Of a stretch of DNA of 64,000 nucleotides, positions 37,546 through 49,444 are shown piece by piece. How positions within the stretch are numbered: the first letter of the stretch is position 1; each line of letters opens with the position of its first letter. Location of the stretch: NCBI GenBank assembly GCA_026770705.1, contig JANJGN010000021.1:42966001-43030000 (forward strand), given 5' to 3'. This DNA comes from Isurus oxyrinchus (Eukaryota). The translations under genes were made by a program, and so were the position numbers. A model generated the notes under the pieces. The model ran no database searches. It saw only the letters and a program-made list of their open reading frames with translations, and was not told where the DNA came from.

Positions 37546-37960
37546 TTCTTTTCCCACCTATTTCCATTATTTTTAAATATTTTAAAATCTTTTATGCTCT
37601 CCCCACCCCCATTAGAGCTATACCTTGAGTGCCCTACCATCCAATCTTAATTAGCACATTCGTTTAGATAATATCACCAACTTTTAACTTTAACACCTAT
37701 GTGTTCTATTGTACCATTGTTGTTGACATCTTTTGATGATCTGCTTCTATCACTGCTTGTTTGTCCACACAACCACCTCTCTCTCTCTCTATCTCTCCGC
37801 CCCCCCCACACACACCTTAAACCAGCTTATATTTCAACTTTTTCTTGGACTCGAACTCAAGTTCTGTCGAAGGGTCATGAGGACTCGAAACGTCAACTCT
37901 TTTCTTCTCCGCCGATGCTGCCAGACCTGCTGAGTTTTTCCAGGTAATTCTGTTTTTGTT
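37546..37960 (+). mobile_element. Young Penelope-like element 3' fragment (pseudo-LTR)
   Basis: 11-bp TSD TTAGATAGATT (37535-37545, 37961-37971); homologous to the 3' UTR downstream of the GIY-YIG ORF at 46981-47286. Confidence 0.85.
37860..37898 (+). ncRNA. Minimal hammerhead ribozyme motif, variant core
   Basis: AGTT-CTGTCGA-A-GGGTC-atgag-GACTC-GAAA-CGTC-AACT: stem I, stem II, GAAA and GUC site; U at the normally invariant A6. Activity untested. Confidence 0.6.
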
Positions 37961-38138
37961 TTAGATAGATTCTTGACTGACAAGGGAGTAAAGAGGTAAA
38001 GGGAGTAGACAAGAAAATAGATTTGAGGCCACAATCAGATCAGCCATGTTTTATCAAGTGAGGGAGCAAGCTCGAGAGGCCAAATGGCCAATTCCTACTC
38101 CTAATTTGTATGTTCATATGAAATGGGCTATATCTGCT

Positions 38139-38357
38139 ACAAAAACAGAATTACCTGGAAAAACTCAGTAGGTCTGGCAGCATCGGCGGAGGAGAAAAGA
38201 GTTGACGTTTCGAGTCCTCATGACTGTCGAAGGGTCATGAGGACTCGAAACGTCAACTCTTTTCTCCTCCGCCGATGCTGCCAGACCTACTGAGTTTTTC
38301 CAGGTAATTCTGTTTTTGTTTTAGATTTCCAGCATCCGCAGTTTTCTTTGTTTTCAA
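38139..38357. mobile_element. Palindromic Penelope pseudo-LTR insertion
   Basis: Perfect inverted arms 38139-38224 and 38234-38319; TSD CTATATCTGCT (38128-38138, 38358-38368). Confidence 0.9.
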
Positions 38358-38688
38358 CTATATCTGCTATCATTGCTGGCTCTTTGCTAGATTAACCCAA
38401 AACAAACAGCACCATCTCACTCTCTCTCTACAGCTGAACGTCTCATCCAGCTTAGTAAATGACTTTTGGAAAATGCTCAAGATCAGACAAAGTGTCATTC
38501 TCCTCTTTACCGATAAGAAGTCTTTGTTCTTTATTTCTTAAGAATGGAAGGTGTTGTGATTAGGGAATCATAAAATGCGGACAAAACCACCTCCTGTCAC
38601 CCCACAATTCTGTCCGCTGGCACAACATACAACCATATTCAACGACAGGGAGACCAGTATGAAATTTCAACATGATCTTATCACTCAC

Positions 38689-38921
38689 CGTTGCCATGGG
38701 AAACCATATTCAGCAGGTTGTGAACAGTCTCCATTAGTAAAACCTGCTGGCTCTGTAGGACGCTGTTGTTCTGCGTGGCTACACTCAGCTGCTTCTCAAG
38801 CTCTCCGATAATTTTGCTCTGCTTCATCAACAGGTCCTGCATCTCCAACTTCTCTGCTTTTATTGACTGAAGCTCCGTTTCATGTTTACCTTCCATTTCC
38901 AGGACTTTCTTCTCCAGAAAG
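38689..38921 (-). CDS. ANGPT2: Angiopoietin (ANGPT2-like) coding exon 4
   Basis: FLEKKVLEMEGKHETELQSIKAEKLEMQDLLMKQSKIIGELEKQLSVATQNNSVLQSQQVLLMETVHNLLNMVSHGN. Acceptor tttcag, donor gtgagt, 233 bp, phases fit both neighbouring exons. Confidence 0.93.
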
Positions 38922-41133
38922 CTGAAAGGCAAGAAAATGTCATGGAGAGGATCAATGTCCCTGCAGTTCACTGCATAATGATTTATATATTAAACACGTA
39001 TATTCTGCAAGAGAGGAATCCAGACTTAATAATCCATGCAAGCATTCCTACCATCCCTAAAAGCATTCAAAATTAGAAAACTTTATTCGTCACTTTTTTT
39101 TTGCCAGCAGTCATAGCCATCGCTGTAATTCAAAATGGTGTAGGGTCTCTTGCATGTGGGAAATTTGTGGAGAGGGTTAAAGGCTTCAACACTCCCATCA
39201 CCAGAAGATTCTCTTAGTAGTCTGATCATTGTGCATGACATTTTGTCATGAAATCAGGTGGCTTCCCGCAGCTTATTTTTCTTTTTCATTTTAGTTCGTA
39301 TAAGACTGATTTCTATCACCTTTCTCCACTTTCCCCTATTGTGTTTCCCTGTGCCATGTTCCATTGTAGAACCCAAGATGCTTGGGCATGAGGACAAGTG
39401 CTCGTAGCCGAGTCTTTCCCGCAGTTTTCCTTCTCTCTACTTGTAATCGTCAAGGATGAATTTGAGGATTAATCTTTGGGAATTACAGGCCTGAACATAA
39501 GTCTGTGTTCTGCATTGTGGAGTCACCATAATGGCACAGAAAAAGTGTCAGACTTATTCATGCCCTTGGGCAAGTTTGTGAGATGTGTCTCAAAGGAGCA
39601 GGAATAGACCATAGTCTGAATTTTCAATTTAGGGTTGGGAACCCAACAATGGTATAATTTCTGGGTCCTCACCCTGCTTAGCGTTAGCATTAGTGACATG
39701 ACACAATTTTAAAGCGCAAAGGGATTAATTGGCCCGGGGATGGGTTTGGCACCCAAATAATGGCACCAGGAGTGGCCGAGAGACAGGACCTAGGAACTGA
39801 GGGCCCTTTGAAAAGGTGAGCGGCAGCCATGACTGGGTTTTACATTCACTGGTGTAATGAAGCAGCAGCAGCCATAAAGGACCAGCGCTGACACACGCAG
39901 GTGTCCACGGACGGTACCAAGGTCCATGTTGCCTCCCTTGAGGCTTTAACCAGTGCAGTGGCAGACAGGAAAGAAATCTTGTTCCCAGCATCTGAAAGAA
40001 GAAATGTGCTCAGAGACTACAAAGAGGGCCGAGGTGGACGTGGCAACAGAAATCAGTAACCGGGGAGTGTCCAGAAGCATGTGGGTCTAGCGTAGAAAAA
40101 GATTCAATGAGCCAAGGTCTGCAAAAGTGAGAATCAAGTGAAACCTGACTGACAGGCCTCTATCTCTGTCTATCTGAGCATGTACAGCAGCTGAACAGAC
40201 TTAGTGCCCATAGTTTTCCCTAACACTGTCAGATCAAGTGGCCAGTTGCATTACTGAGATATCAGCAACTCTCACATATGGAGTGCAAGTGAGCAGGGAC
40301 CATCACTGCAGAATGCAACATCTTACGTGAATGTCATGCTGGAATAGGTGAAGGAGGGCAGCCTGCTCAGAAATCATTCTCTGCTCATATTGCTGGGAAA
40401 GAGAGGGAAAACTCTTCGGAAATGTCTGAGACAGGTCGTGGTGGTGTGCTGGATTGCCACACTCTGGGGCTGGAAATCACAAGTGTGCCATCGCATCAGG
40501 CTGCGGGCCATGGTGAGACAGGAAGACATGAAAAGCAGGGACATTTGATAGCTCAATCTACAGGTGAAAGGCATGGAGGAAAGTCCATGGAAATGCCCGC
40601 TGTAGCTAAACAACTGCTGTCATGTAAGGCGTTGGTTCTGCTGAGGTACTTGCTGAGGAGCTGAATCCTCATCAACATCTTCTTGCTCCTTTCCCAAAGA
40701 ACCAATTATAGAAATGGCAGAGAGCATTCCAGCCCAGTCCGGCCTTCTTGGCAGGAAGAAATGTTCCAGACCCAGCATCATCACATCATTCCTCCACACC
40801 TTCCAAGAGCACAGACACCTTGGTTGGGCCTCAAGCAAGATGAGAATGGGGAGGACTGGGTGAGTAGCACTTCTCAAGTGAGCAGGAGGAGGTGTGCCAC
40901 CCTGCTGCTGGTAAAATTGCAGTGGGGGTAGGGGTATATGGGCAGGTAGGCAGCAGGCAGGGTATGCACTGAATTTTACATGTTCCCCTCTCGCCCACCT
41001 TCAAACCAGCCGATGGGGAGCATAACTCCAGCACATGGAGTTAAGAGGGAGGTAGCAGGAGGGGCCTGAGTTTGCTGTGGTGCTATGGTCTATGTTGTGG
41101 GTGAATGTTAATGATAGAGACCCCATTCTCTAT

Positions 41134-41727
41134 GGGAAGGATTTTCCCCTTGTCGGGTGGGCCCAGGGGTACCTGCGAAACGGTCCGCTGCCTGTGATTG
41201 GACCCCCGACCGTGATTCCACGCTGGCTGGGCAGTTAATAGCCAGCCAGCATGAAAGGCACGCTGAAATGCTCAGCACTGCCAGGGTGCGGGCAGGAGGA
41301 GTGCAAGTGCTAAAGTTTGTGCACTGAAAGCTCCCTGAAGGCACAGAGCTGCCTCTGGGAGCTGGCGAATTTTAAATACAAAACTAAAATTTTACAAACG
41401 ATATAAACATGTCCCCACATCTGACTCAATCACATGAAGAGGGATATGTAAACAATGATGTTAAAAAGTTTTTATTTTTTTTTAGTTACCGTTGGAAACC
41501 TCTTCCACGGGCGGATGAGGTTTCCTAAAAAATGCACCTGGCCTATTCACCCACCCACCGACTGAATGGTTGAGCATCAGTTAATTGCTTGAGGGCCTTA
41601 ATCGGCCTCTTAATTGTCGGTGGGCACACTGCCGCCTCACGAACGCCCGCCAACTGAAAGTGCTCGATGACGTTGGGATGCTCCTGATCAGGTGGGGCGC
41701 ATGCCCGCCGGGTGAAAAATTCTGCCC
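41134..41727. mobile_element. Harbinger-type MITE
   Basis: Ends GGGAAGGATTTT / AAAATTCTGCCC, TSD TAT. Confidence 0.85.
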
Positions 41728-42278
41728 TATGTTTTTGTGTGGCACTGGGATTCTTCAGATTTTTATGTTTGTCTTGCTGGATGATTTATCTCTTTGATGG
41801 ACAGTGAGTTACAGGGTTATCTATCATTACGGCTGTGGGTTGTCCAAGCGAAACATTGTTGAATTAGCACAACCCTTGCAGCCATCTAAGCCTGCCAATC
41901 ACTGTGAGGCCTGGGACGGCCTGGGCAGCCATCATCTGTAGCTTGGGCACTGAGCACCTCTAGAGCGCACCCTTCGTCCTCCTTCACCAAAGATGAGTGG
42001 TGTTCCATGGTCCTTGTCTTCATCCAGCTCTAGTGGTCTTTGTATAGTCATATTGTGCAGCACAGAGCAAATAACCACATTGTGACACCCTGGCTGGCTT
42101 GTACTGGATGGCACTACCCGACTGCTTGGGTTTTGAAAATGCAATGCTGTACTGACTAACTGGCTTGCCATAGTCATGTGACTTTGCCTTGAAGCACTCT
42201 GCCTCTGGGGGCAGATATCTTAAGATCAGTTCAATAAAGACCTCTCACAGACACACACTAAAGAAGATTACTGTCCTT

Positions 42279-43401
42279 TGTGAAGATGGATTTAAAAAAT
42301 ATATTTTTGGGAATGTGGTAGCATTGTATAAGGAAGGTTGTAAGTGTAATTAAACTGGGGGAAGGTTAGTAAAGACAGCTAGTCTGTGGGAGCAGAGAAA
42401 TGAAAGGTAAAGGTGCTAACTGCATGCATTTGTAACAAGAAGCTCTGGTGAAGTTGAATGTACGTGTAAATAGGTTTGGTTTGAAGTTCTGTTGACGGGT
42501 CATTCGGACTCGAAACGTTGGCTGTGTTCCTCTCCGCGGATGCTGCCAGACCTGTTGAGTTTTTCCAGGTATTTTTGTTTTTGTTTTGAAATTTGCATTA
42601 TAAATAGGAACTTGACTTTTCAGCTGTTAAGTTTCAAAGGGAGTTTAAAAGTGTCAGGGACCTTTACAACTTACAAAGGCTTCATAGATAAAGAGGGAAG
42701 ATTGTTAAATTATATTTTACCTGAAAGTGGAGGCAGTAGGAAGACATGAAAGTTGTTTATATTTTGGAAAAACATGAGTTCAAAGGGGTGCTTAAAACAA
42801 TGGAGCCTAAGATCATGGGGAAAAGGATATTTAAGGAATATGTTTAGTTGAGTTGTGTTGTCTGTGTGGGGGAGATGTCCTGAGACCAGATCTGTGTTGA
42901 GAAAACTTGTGAATTTGAAGCAGCTATCCAGGGCCAGAGCCAGAATAGTCTTTGTTTTCAGAAAGCAATCTGTTTCTGAACTTCTTTCGGTTTTCCACAG
43001 CAGAGCGGAAGAGAGTGAGAAGTGTGAGGTATACTTTATTACAGTAGCTGCAGTCTTGCCTTGTATAAAATTACTGGATTGCTGTGGTTAAAAAATCTAT
43101 AAAAAATATCTATATTGCCAAATAGTTTGCCTGCATGTTCTGACCTAGTGGGTTTTTTGGGGGGATTGTTTTCTAAGGCTGTTTAATTGTGTAATTTTAA
43201 TCTTGTGTACTTAAGTATTTTTTCATTTTTGTTAATAAATCTTCTAATTTTAAAATCCTCAAAGTGTTATTGAGGTTTGCGCTTCTGGGATTAGTAATTT
43301 CCCCCTCATTTCCAAAAACAAAAAAAAAGTTATGATCAGTAAGACAAGCTCCCTCTGGGATTTGGCCTGCTCAATGAAAAACATTGTCTGTGGTCATAAC
43401 A
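42279..43401 (+). mobile_element. Probable solo LTR inside the Harbinger transposase
   Basis: TGTG...CATAACA termini, near-TSD CCTT/CTTT, AATAAA near 43234; related to 5504-10869. Confidence 0.6.
42485..42590 (+). mobile_element. Short PLE pseudo-LTR with hammerhead motif, inside the solo LTR
   Basis: AGTT-CTGTTGA-C-GGGTC-attcg-GACTC-GAAA-CGTT followed by GATGCTGCCAGACCTGTTGAGTTTTTCCAG. Confidence 0.75.
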
Positions 43402-45910
43402 CTTTATCCTTGAAAGACCGACCAGTCAAGGCAACGCAAGTGCAATTTCAAGCTGCCAATGGTTTGTTCAATGCAAGTTCATGTTCAGAGATGGTTTTGG
43501 TTGTAGTGCTTCTTTGCATCTGTGTATGTGCACTGTAAGGGCATCAGAAGCCACCGTCTCAGAGGTTAACCCTTATCCCCCAACAGCCACCTACAGAGTC
43601 TGGATGTTGGCCTGAAGTGTTGCGGCGCCAGGCAGGATAAAGGAAGCATGATGGTTATCAGAGAACCGAGCGCAGACCTGCAAGATGTGCTTCCTGTGGT
43701 CACAGACCAGCTGCACATTCAATGAGTGGGCGCCTTTACTATTCAGGAATCTGGCTGGCTGGTCTATCAGAGCTTTGATGGCTATGTGGGCACAGTCAAT
43801 AATGCCCTGAACCTGAGGGAATCCAACGATGGTGGCAAAGCCCACGGTACCTCTGTCTGCGCTGGTTCATCTATCTTAAAATAGATGTAGCCTCCACCCT
43901 CCAGAAGAGGCATCCAAGGCCTCTCTGATGACCTGATGAGCTGCCAATTGAAAGATGCCACCCAGGTCCACATCTGATCCTTGGAACAACCTCAGATGAA
44001 TAAAAAATTTAGGGCAATACTGACCTCGAGGCTGCAGGTAAGGGATTATCATGAGGGCCACAAGGCATCAGGTGATTGTGGACCAGAGTGCAAATGGCAG
44101 GGACCATCTGTCTGAACAGGTGCAATATCCTATGGCACCCTGTCATTTGCAAATAGCTGGTTTGCTTGTGGTACACCTGACATGTTGGGTTGCGCCGCCT
44201 TCCCCATGTGGTCCCGTTCTGCACTGCTCTGGCCTCTTCCTGACTAGGAGGATGCACCTGCTGAAGCTGCTCCTCACTACTCTGTCAGAGTAAACTGCTC
44301 CTATTTCAACTCCCTCACCTACCACTCATTCAGCAGGGCTACCTCTACCAACATATGCTGTCCAAGTGATGCCTGTGGCTTCATGACCCCCCAAGGAGTT
44401 CCACCATCTCACTGTTCACAAACACAAGCTGTTCAGCACCAGCAATATGGCAACTCTGTGCCGCTGGTTGAGCAGCTGAGCATAATTTTCTGCTTAAGTA
44501 CGTGCACCGATGCATACATGGCTCCTCTGCGTGTTCATGACAGGTTCACTCTGACAAGTCCTGGACACTGTGTTCCCCATGCCTGCTGATTGAAAACTTC
44601 AAACTGCTCCTCTGAGGCCTGAAAATGTGCTCAGCAAACAGTTAATTGGAAGCCTGTGGGTTTCCAGCTCCCCTCCTCCCACTAAAAATGACCTTGTGTT
44701 CTGGAGGCATTGGGAACATGATTTTCAATGCATACCTGTACCCACACTCGACCCCCATGGTCATTTGAAAATTTAACCCCATTTGTCCTATTGAGTCTAT
44801 GAGTGAAGACAATGCCAATTTACAGTGACGTGAAATTTGATTTGACATGATGATAAGAGGCACAACATACCTTGTATTTGTTTTGTGCAGAGTTACAAGT
44901 GTATTGTAAGGCAGTAAAAGTTAGAGTATTTAGAGAATGTAAAACCACAGAAAAGAAAAGGAGGCAGTTTATCATTGTCATCTAACCCATGTTGTCCAAA
45001 TGCAGTGAAACGCATTCCAACTGGTGTTATTCTTTGTGAAATGCACATGAAAACATAGCTTAAACAAAGAGAGTCTGAAAGGACCAGATGTTCAGTATCA
45101 CGAAAGTAGCTCAATTTCAAATCGACAGTAGGATCATGTTACCCAGGCTGAAGCAATACTGAATCAACTAACTTCTAATGCACTTATTTCATAGAGTCAA
45201 TAATATATACTCTAAACTTGTCAATTATGACCTAACTGCAGCATTTGAAGCATTAGAAGTAGTTAGGAGTTCTAATAAAAAATTATGATTGTGAATGGAG
45301 CTTGTAGCACTGAGGTGAATCCACCATTTATATTTGCGAGTTAAAATGGGCTAAAGCTGCGGTTCTTGACAAAATGAACTGCTCTGAATGGTCTTTTGTC
45401 TAATGGAAAGGCAAAGGGTTCATAAATTATCAGCCAGCCACGCAGCAGATTCTGCCTGGCATTGAATTATGCGTGTGCAGAGGTCTGTTGGAACGATATA
45501 CAAACCATGATTTAGCTAGGAACATGGGAACAAGTGCACTAGGCCATTCACTCCCTCATGCCTATTCTGTCAATAAACCTCAACTCCATTTACCTGTCTT
45601 TAATCCATAACCCTTACCAAACAAAAAATTATCGACCTCAAGTCTTGAAAATTTCAACTCTTCCAGCATCCACGGCTTTTTGAGAAGGGGGATTTCACAT
45701 ATTCACTACCTACTGTGTGACAGAGTCGAGCCTCAAGTACTCTTTCATTTTAGTCCTATGGCTTTTTGAATTATAGGTTGCACTGAGCTCAGGAGAATAA
45801 ATCTCAGGGGCCCTTTGTTTCTGTCTATTTTATCTGGAAGCTCTTCACCTTGCCTCGCAGTTTGAGTTTTTGGCTGCATCATTGACAATGCCAGCTGCAT
45901 TTAAACGCAC

Positions 45911-46032
45911 CTGTTCTTTTCATGGAGTTTGGTAATTTCCTGTGTCTGCACCATGATTTCTTTCTCCAGTTTGTTTGTTGAAAGCGAATTCTCCAACAGC
46001 TGGATTTCAAGCCGCGATGTCTGATTCAGAAC
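45911..46032 (-). CDS. ANGPT2: Angiopoietin (ANGPT2-like) coding exon 3
   Basis: VLNQTSRLEIQLLENSLSTNKLEKEIMVQTQEITKLHEKN(S). Acceptor tttaag, donor gtgcgt, 122 bp, ends in phase 2. Confidence 0.93.
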
Positions 46033-46261
46033 CTTAAAAATAACGCAAGTAATCATTGAGAATGAAAAGGAACTGTTCTCATTTGAGCCAGGATTAATAC
46101 CTGTGAAGCTTTGGGGTCCTTCTATATTAAACAAAAAACTTGTAGCAAGTGCTGAATACAGCCAGGTGGCTTTGCTAATCTACTTTTTTTTTAATTGCTC
46201 GCGTTTGCACCACTTGAAAAATAGACAGCAACCTTCTTAGTGGAACTCAATGAAAACGTGA

Positions 46262-46400
46262 TGAAATACTGTGGATGCTGAAAACCTGAAAGAGAAACAG
46301 AAAATGGGTCATATGGTCTCGAAATGTCAACTCTGTTTTTCTCTTCACAGATGCTGTCAGAACTGCTGAATTTTTCCAGCATTTTCTGTTTTTCTTTCAA
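46262..46400. mobile_element. Older partially inverted PLE pseudo-LTR remnant
   Basis: TGAAAGAGAAACAGAAAATG is inverted relative to CATTTTCTGTTTTTCTTTCA, around GGGTCATATGGTCTCGAAATGTCAACTC. Confidence 0.65.
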
Positions 46401-46680
46401 TGCAAACGTGTATTTGTTGCCATTTCAGAAGTCATTTGGGATACTGATTTGGAGGCAACTAAATACATTGGAGTTGAGTGAGCTACAACTGAAAGGAGAC
46501 CAAGTATCAGAAAGAGAAAGAGACAGTCAAAGCAAATATAAAACAACTTTGATATTTTACCAGAGATCTAGCCACATAAATTTCAGAGTTTTCTGCTTCT
46601 GCACTTGTTATTCCATAATTTTGTAACTGGGTAGCAAACTGTGGGCTAATAATAGCTTAAGTACAGACACTGACCATAAT

Positions 46681-48138
46681 GGTCCAGGTCTTCTGGTCAG
46701 TGGCACTGCTGGGCACATTGCTGCTGCCTGAAAAGCTTTCTGCGCCCCAGGGTTCAGTGGGTGGGGGAGTGGATGTGTGGGTGACTGGTGGTCAGGTGGG
46801 CAGTCGGGTCAGATGGGCAATCGGGTTGGGTTGGGGGTAGTTGGGATGGGCTGAGTTGGGAGATAGTCGGGTTGGGGGGTGCTGCTGTCAGTGGGGTAGC
46901 TGAGTCTGGTTAGAGGGGTAGCCAGGTCGAATCAGGCTGGTCATGGGGGTAATAAGCTAAAACACTAAGACTCCTTTCAAGTGAAGCAGCATTTCTCTTG
47001 CACTTCCCTCAATTTAGTCTATTGCATTCGCTGCTCCCAATGTGGTCTCCTCTACATTGGAGAGACCAAACGCAGACTGGGTAACCGCTTTGCGGAACAC
47101 CTTCGGTCTGTCCGCAAGCATGACCCAGACCTCCCTGTCACTTGCCATTTCAACACACTACCCTGTTCTCATGCCCACGTGTCTATCCTTGACCTGCTGC
47201 AATGTTCCAGTGAAGCTCAACGCAAACTGAAGGAACAGCACCTCATCTTCCGACTAGGCAATTTACAGCCTTCTGGACAATATTGAGTTCAACAACTTCA
47301 GATCATGAACTCTCTCCTCCATCCCCACCCCCTTTCCGATCCCCCCTTTTCCAATAATTTATAATTTTTTAAAAAATATTTCTTTCTTTTCCCACCTATT
47401 TCCATTATTTTTAAATGTATTTCCATCAATTATTTTATTTCTACCTTTTAGCCTATTTCGATCCCTTCCCCCCACCCCACCCCACCACCATAGGGCTATC
47501 TGTCACTTGCTCTTCCTGCTTTCTACCCTTAATGTCATCATTAGCACATTCTTCAGCTAATGTCACCACTGTCAACAATCCTTTGTCCTTCTGTCTATGA
47601 CATCTCTGGCAATCTCTTCTTTGCCTCCACCAATCACTGGCCCTCTATCCAGCTCTACCTGTCCCAACCCCCTCAATAGCTTATATTTCAACTCATTTCT
47701 ATATTTCTTAGTTCTGAAGAAGAGTAATACAGATTCGAAACATTAGCTGTATTCCTCTCCACAGATGCTGTCAGACCTACTGAGTTTTTCCAGCTATTTT
47801 TGTTTTTGTTTCGGGAGGGTGGTAAGGTTGTGTTAGGGGGTTGGTTCTGATGCTCAGTTCAATTACACTGGCTAATCACTGAGTTAGGCTAGGTATCAAC
47901 CACCATAACATTTCCATGGTAAGCATCCAGATATGTTCTGTGTATCTGGCCCAAGTCTCTGACACTGAAATCAGTATTGGAGACTTTAGTGGAGGGTCCT
48001 GGACAGTGGAACTCAGCTCATCGGAGATTTAAACACATTTCAGTACATGTGCATTTGCCATAAATTCTTCAGAGTCCCAAAGCGCAACAGCAACTTAAGT
48101 CAAGATTTTGCTGCTCTGGACATGGGATGATTGGAGCC
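46681..48138. mobile_element. Harbinger-type TIR element related to 5162-11439, interrupted by a PLE
   Basis: Degenerate ends GGTCCAGGTCTTC / GATGATTGGAGCC, TSD AAT; G-rich tract mirrors the C-rich tract at 10885-11150. Confidence 0.55.
46970..47812 (+). mobile_element. Penelope-like element 3' part: GIY-YIG endonuclease plus pseudo-LTR
   Basis: ORF 46981-47286 NLVYCIRCSQCGLLYIGETKRRLGNRFAEH; hammerhead motif with canonical CTGAAGA core at 47710-47748. Confidence 0.92.
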
Positions 48139-48444
48139 AATATTTCCAATTGTCATGAATTTACATCCTGTGTCAGGATTTTGTCACACAGTGAGACTTA
48201 GTGTTGGCTGAAAAATAGGGTCAATTTTACCACTATCCTCCTTAATGGGTAGGTTGAGGTCAGATCAGGTGTAAAAAAAACTTTAAAACCTCTAATCCAA
48301 CCAGAACTCACTCTGTTCTGGGTTTAATGGCAACGAGATAGAGGAGGCATCCAACCCAATCTCATGAGGCATATTGGCCATTTAAAAACAGTATTATAAT
48401 GAGGCAGGGAGCATCACCTTTAAGACCCCTCAAAGATTTGACCA

Positions 48445-48730
48445 TGGACGTCTTGTGGTGCAATGGGTAACTTCCCTGCCTCTGAGCCAGAAGCTCTGGG
48501 TTTGACTCTCACCTCAAGGAAGGTGTGTTCAAAAAACAGGCAAACAAGTTGAGTATAAACCTGCAAATCCTCTGACACATGCCAATGGCAGGCAGTAAGG
48601 GTGGGAGAACTTCCATGGAAAGAACATTGGAGCTTCTAACTTCCCTATTCATAGCTCTGGACTACAGCATGCATGTAAAAGTGCATGTTGCCACAGCAAC
48701 TCGGAACTCTCTGAGTCAAATGTAACACAT
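48445..48730 (+). mobile_element. tRNA-derived SINE-like repeat
   Basis: A-box-like TGGTGCAATGG and B-box-like GGTTTGACTC; homologous to 18240-18535. Confidence 0.7.
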
Positions 48731-49444
48731 TACCGCCACAGATTTAACTCTGGCTAGGTGGATTTATTTACCCCTGTGTTGAAACAGCCTCTATATTTTA
48801 TTTCATCTGGAAAATTGAGGGCAATGATCCATCTGGGATCTTAGTGCATCTTCTGGGCCTATTTTCACTGATCTATCCTCACCACAAGCCTGGCAGCTCA
48901 AGGGAGGTGAGAACTGCCTTGTGGAAAAGGTTAGTTCATTTTCATGGACCAGGTGGAGCGGGAGTGCTTCTTCCCAGTCTCCAAGGCTTATCAGCTTCCT
49001 TGCGATTGGGACCATCTCCACCACCCATCTCTGATCTGAGATTGGAGTTGGGGATCATACTGGAGTTGGAGATCACCTACCACCTCTACCTACCACCACT
49101 ATCACCCATACTCCCACAAGTTTCCTAGCTGCTCCTGACCCCTTCTCTGGAATGTTCATCACCTAATTGGAAGCAGATCTGTTGAGCTCCAGGAAGAGAT
49201 GATCTGGTCAAAAAAAAAAACACTCTATAGAATTAAAACTTCCTGGGCTTCCAGTTTTCCTGACCAAAATGTTGCATTCCCCCTGTCAGAAGACCCACCC
49301 GTGACATTATAGGGCCAGTGTCTGCTTACATTATTTGTAATGGGTAACACTGCCATGTCTGTTTTCAGACTTCCCAATACTACTGTGGCCTGACTGCCAT
49401 TTTTTCCACGCAATTTTGTGTAGAAAAGTCTTATTTTTAATTTA

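Larger units (their letters stand above)
35795..38120 (+). mobile_element. CR1 LINE RT/3' fragment split by a G-rich insert (about 36270-36960) and a PLE (37546-37960)
   Basis: VDVVYLDFQKAFDKV, SGVPQ, KFTDDTK, then LGLYPLEFRRMSGDLIETY. Confidence 0.85.
39613..44779. mobile_element. Older PIF/Harbinger element (second family) with nested insertions
   Basis: Ends AGTCTGAATTTTCAA / TTGAAAATTTAACCC with TSD CAT. Myb remnant (+) about 39900-40127 (RKEILFP...RKRFNE); transposase (-) GFPQVQGIIDCAH...SLNVQLVCD at 43440-44100 and 41880-42125. Confidence 0.8.

Noticed and set aside
37860-38357. CRISPR array or miRNA precursor
   Set aside because: Eukaryotic context with no repeat-spacer periodicity; the hairpin is explained by inverted Penelope pseudo-LTRs with a TSD.
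46981-47286. Homing endonuclease or UvrC-like gene
   Set aside because: The GIY-YIG has the CxxC insert and is followed by the Penelope pseudo-LTR, so it is a PLE fragment.
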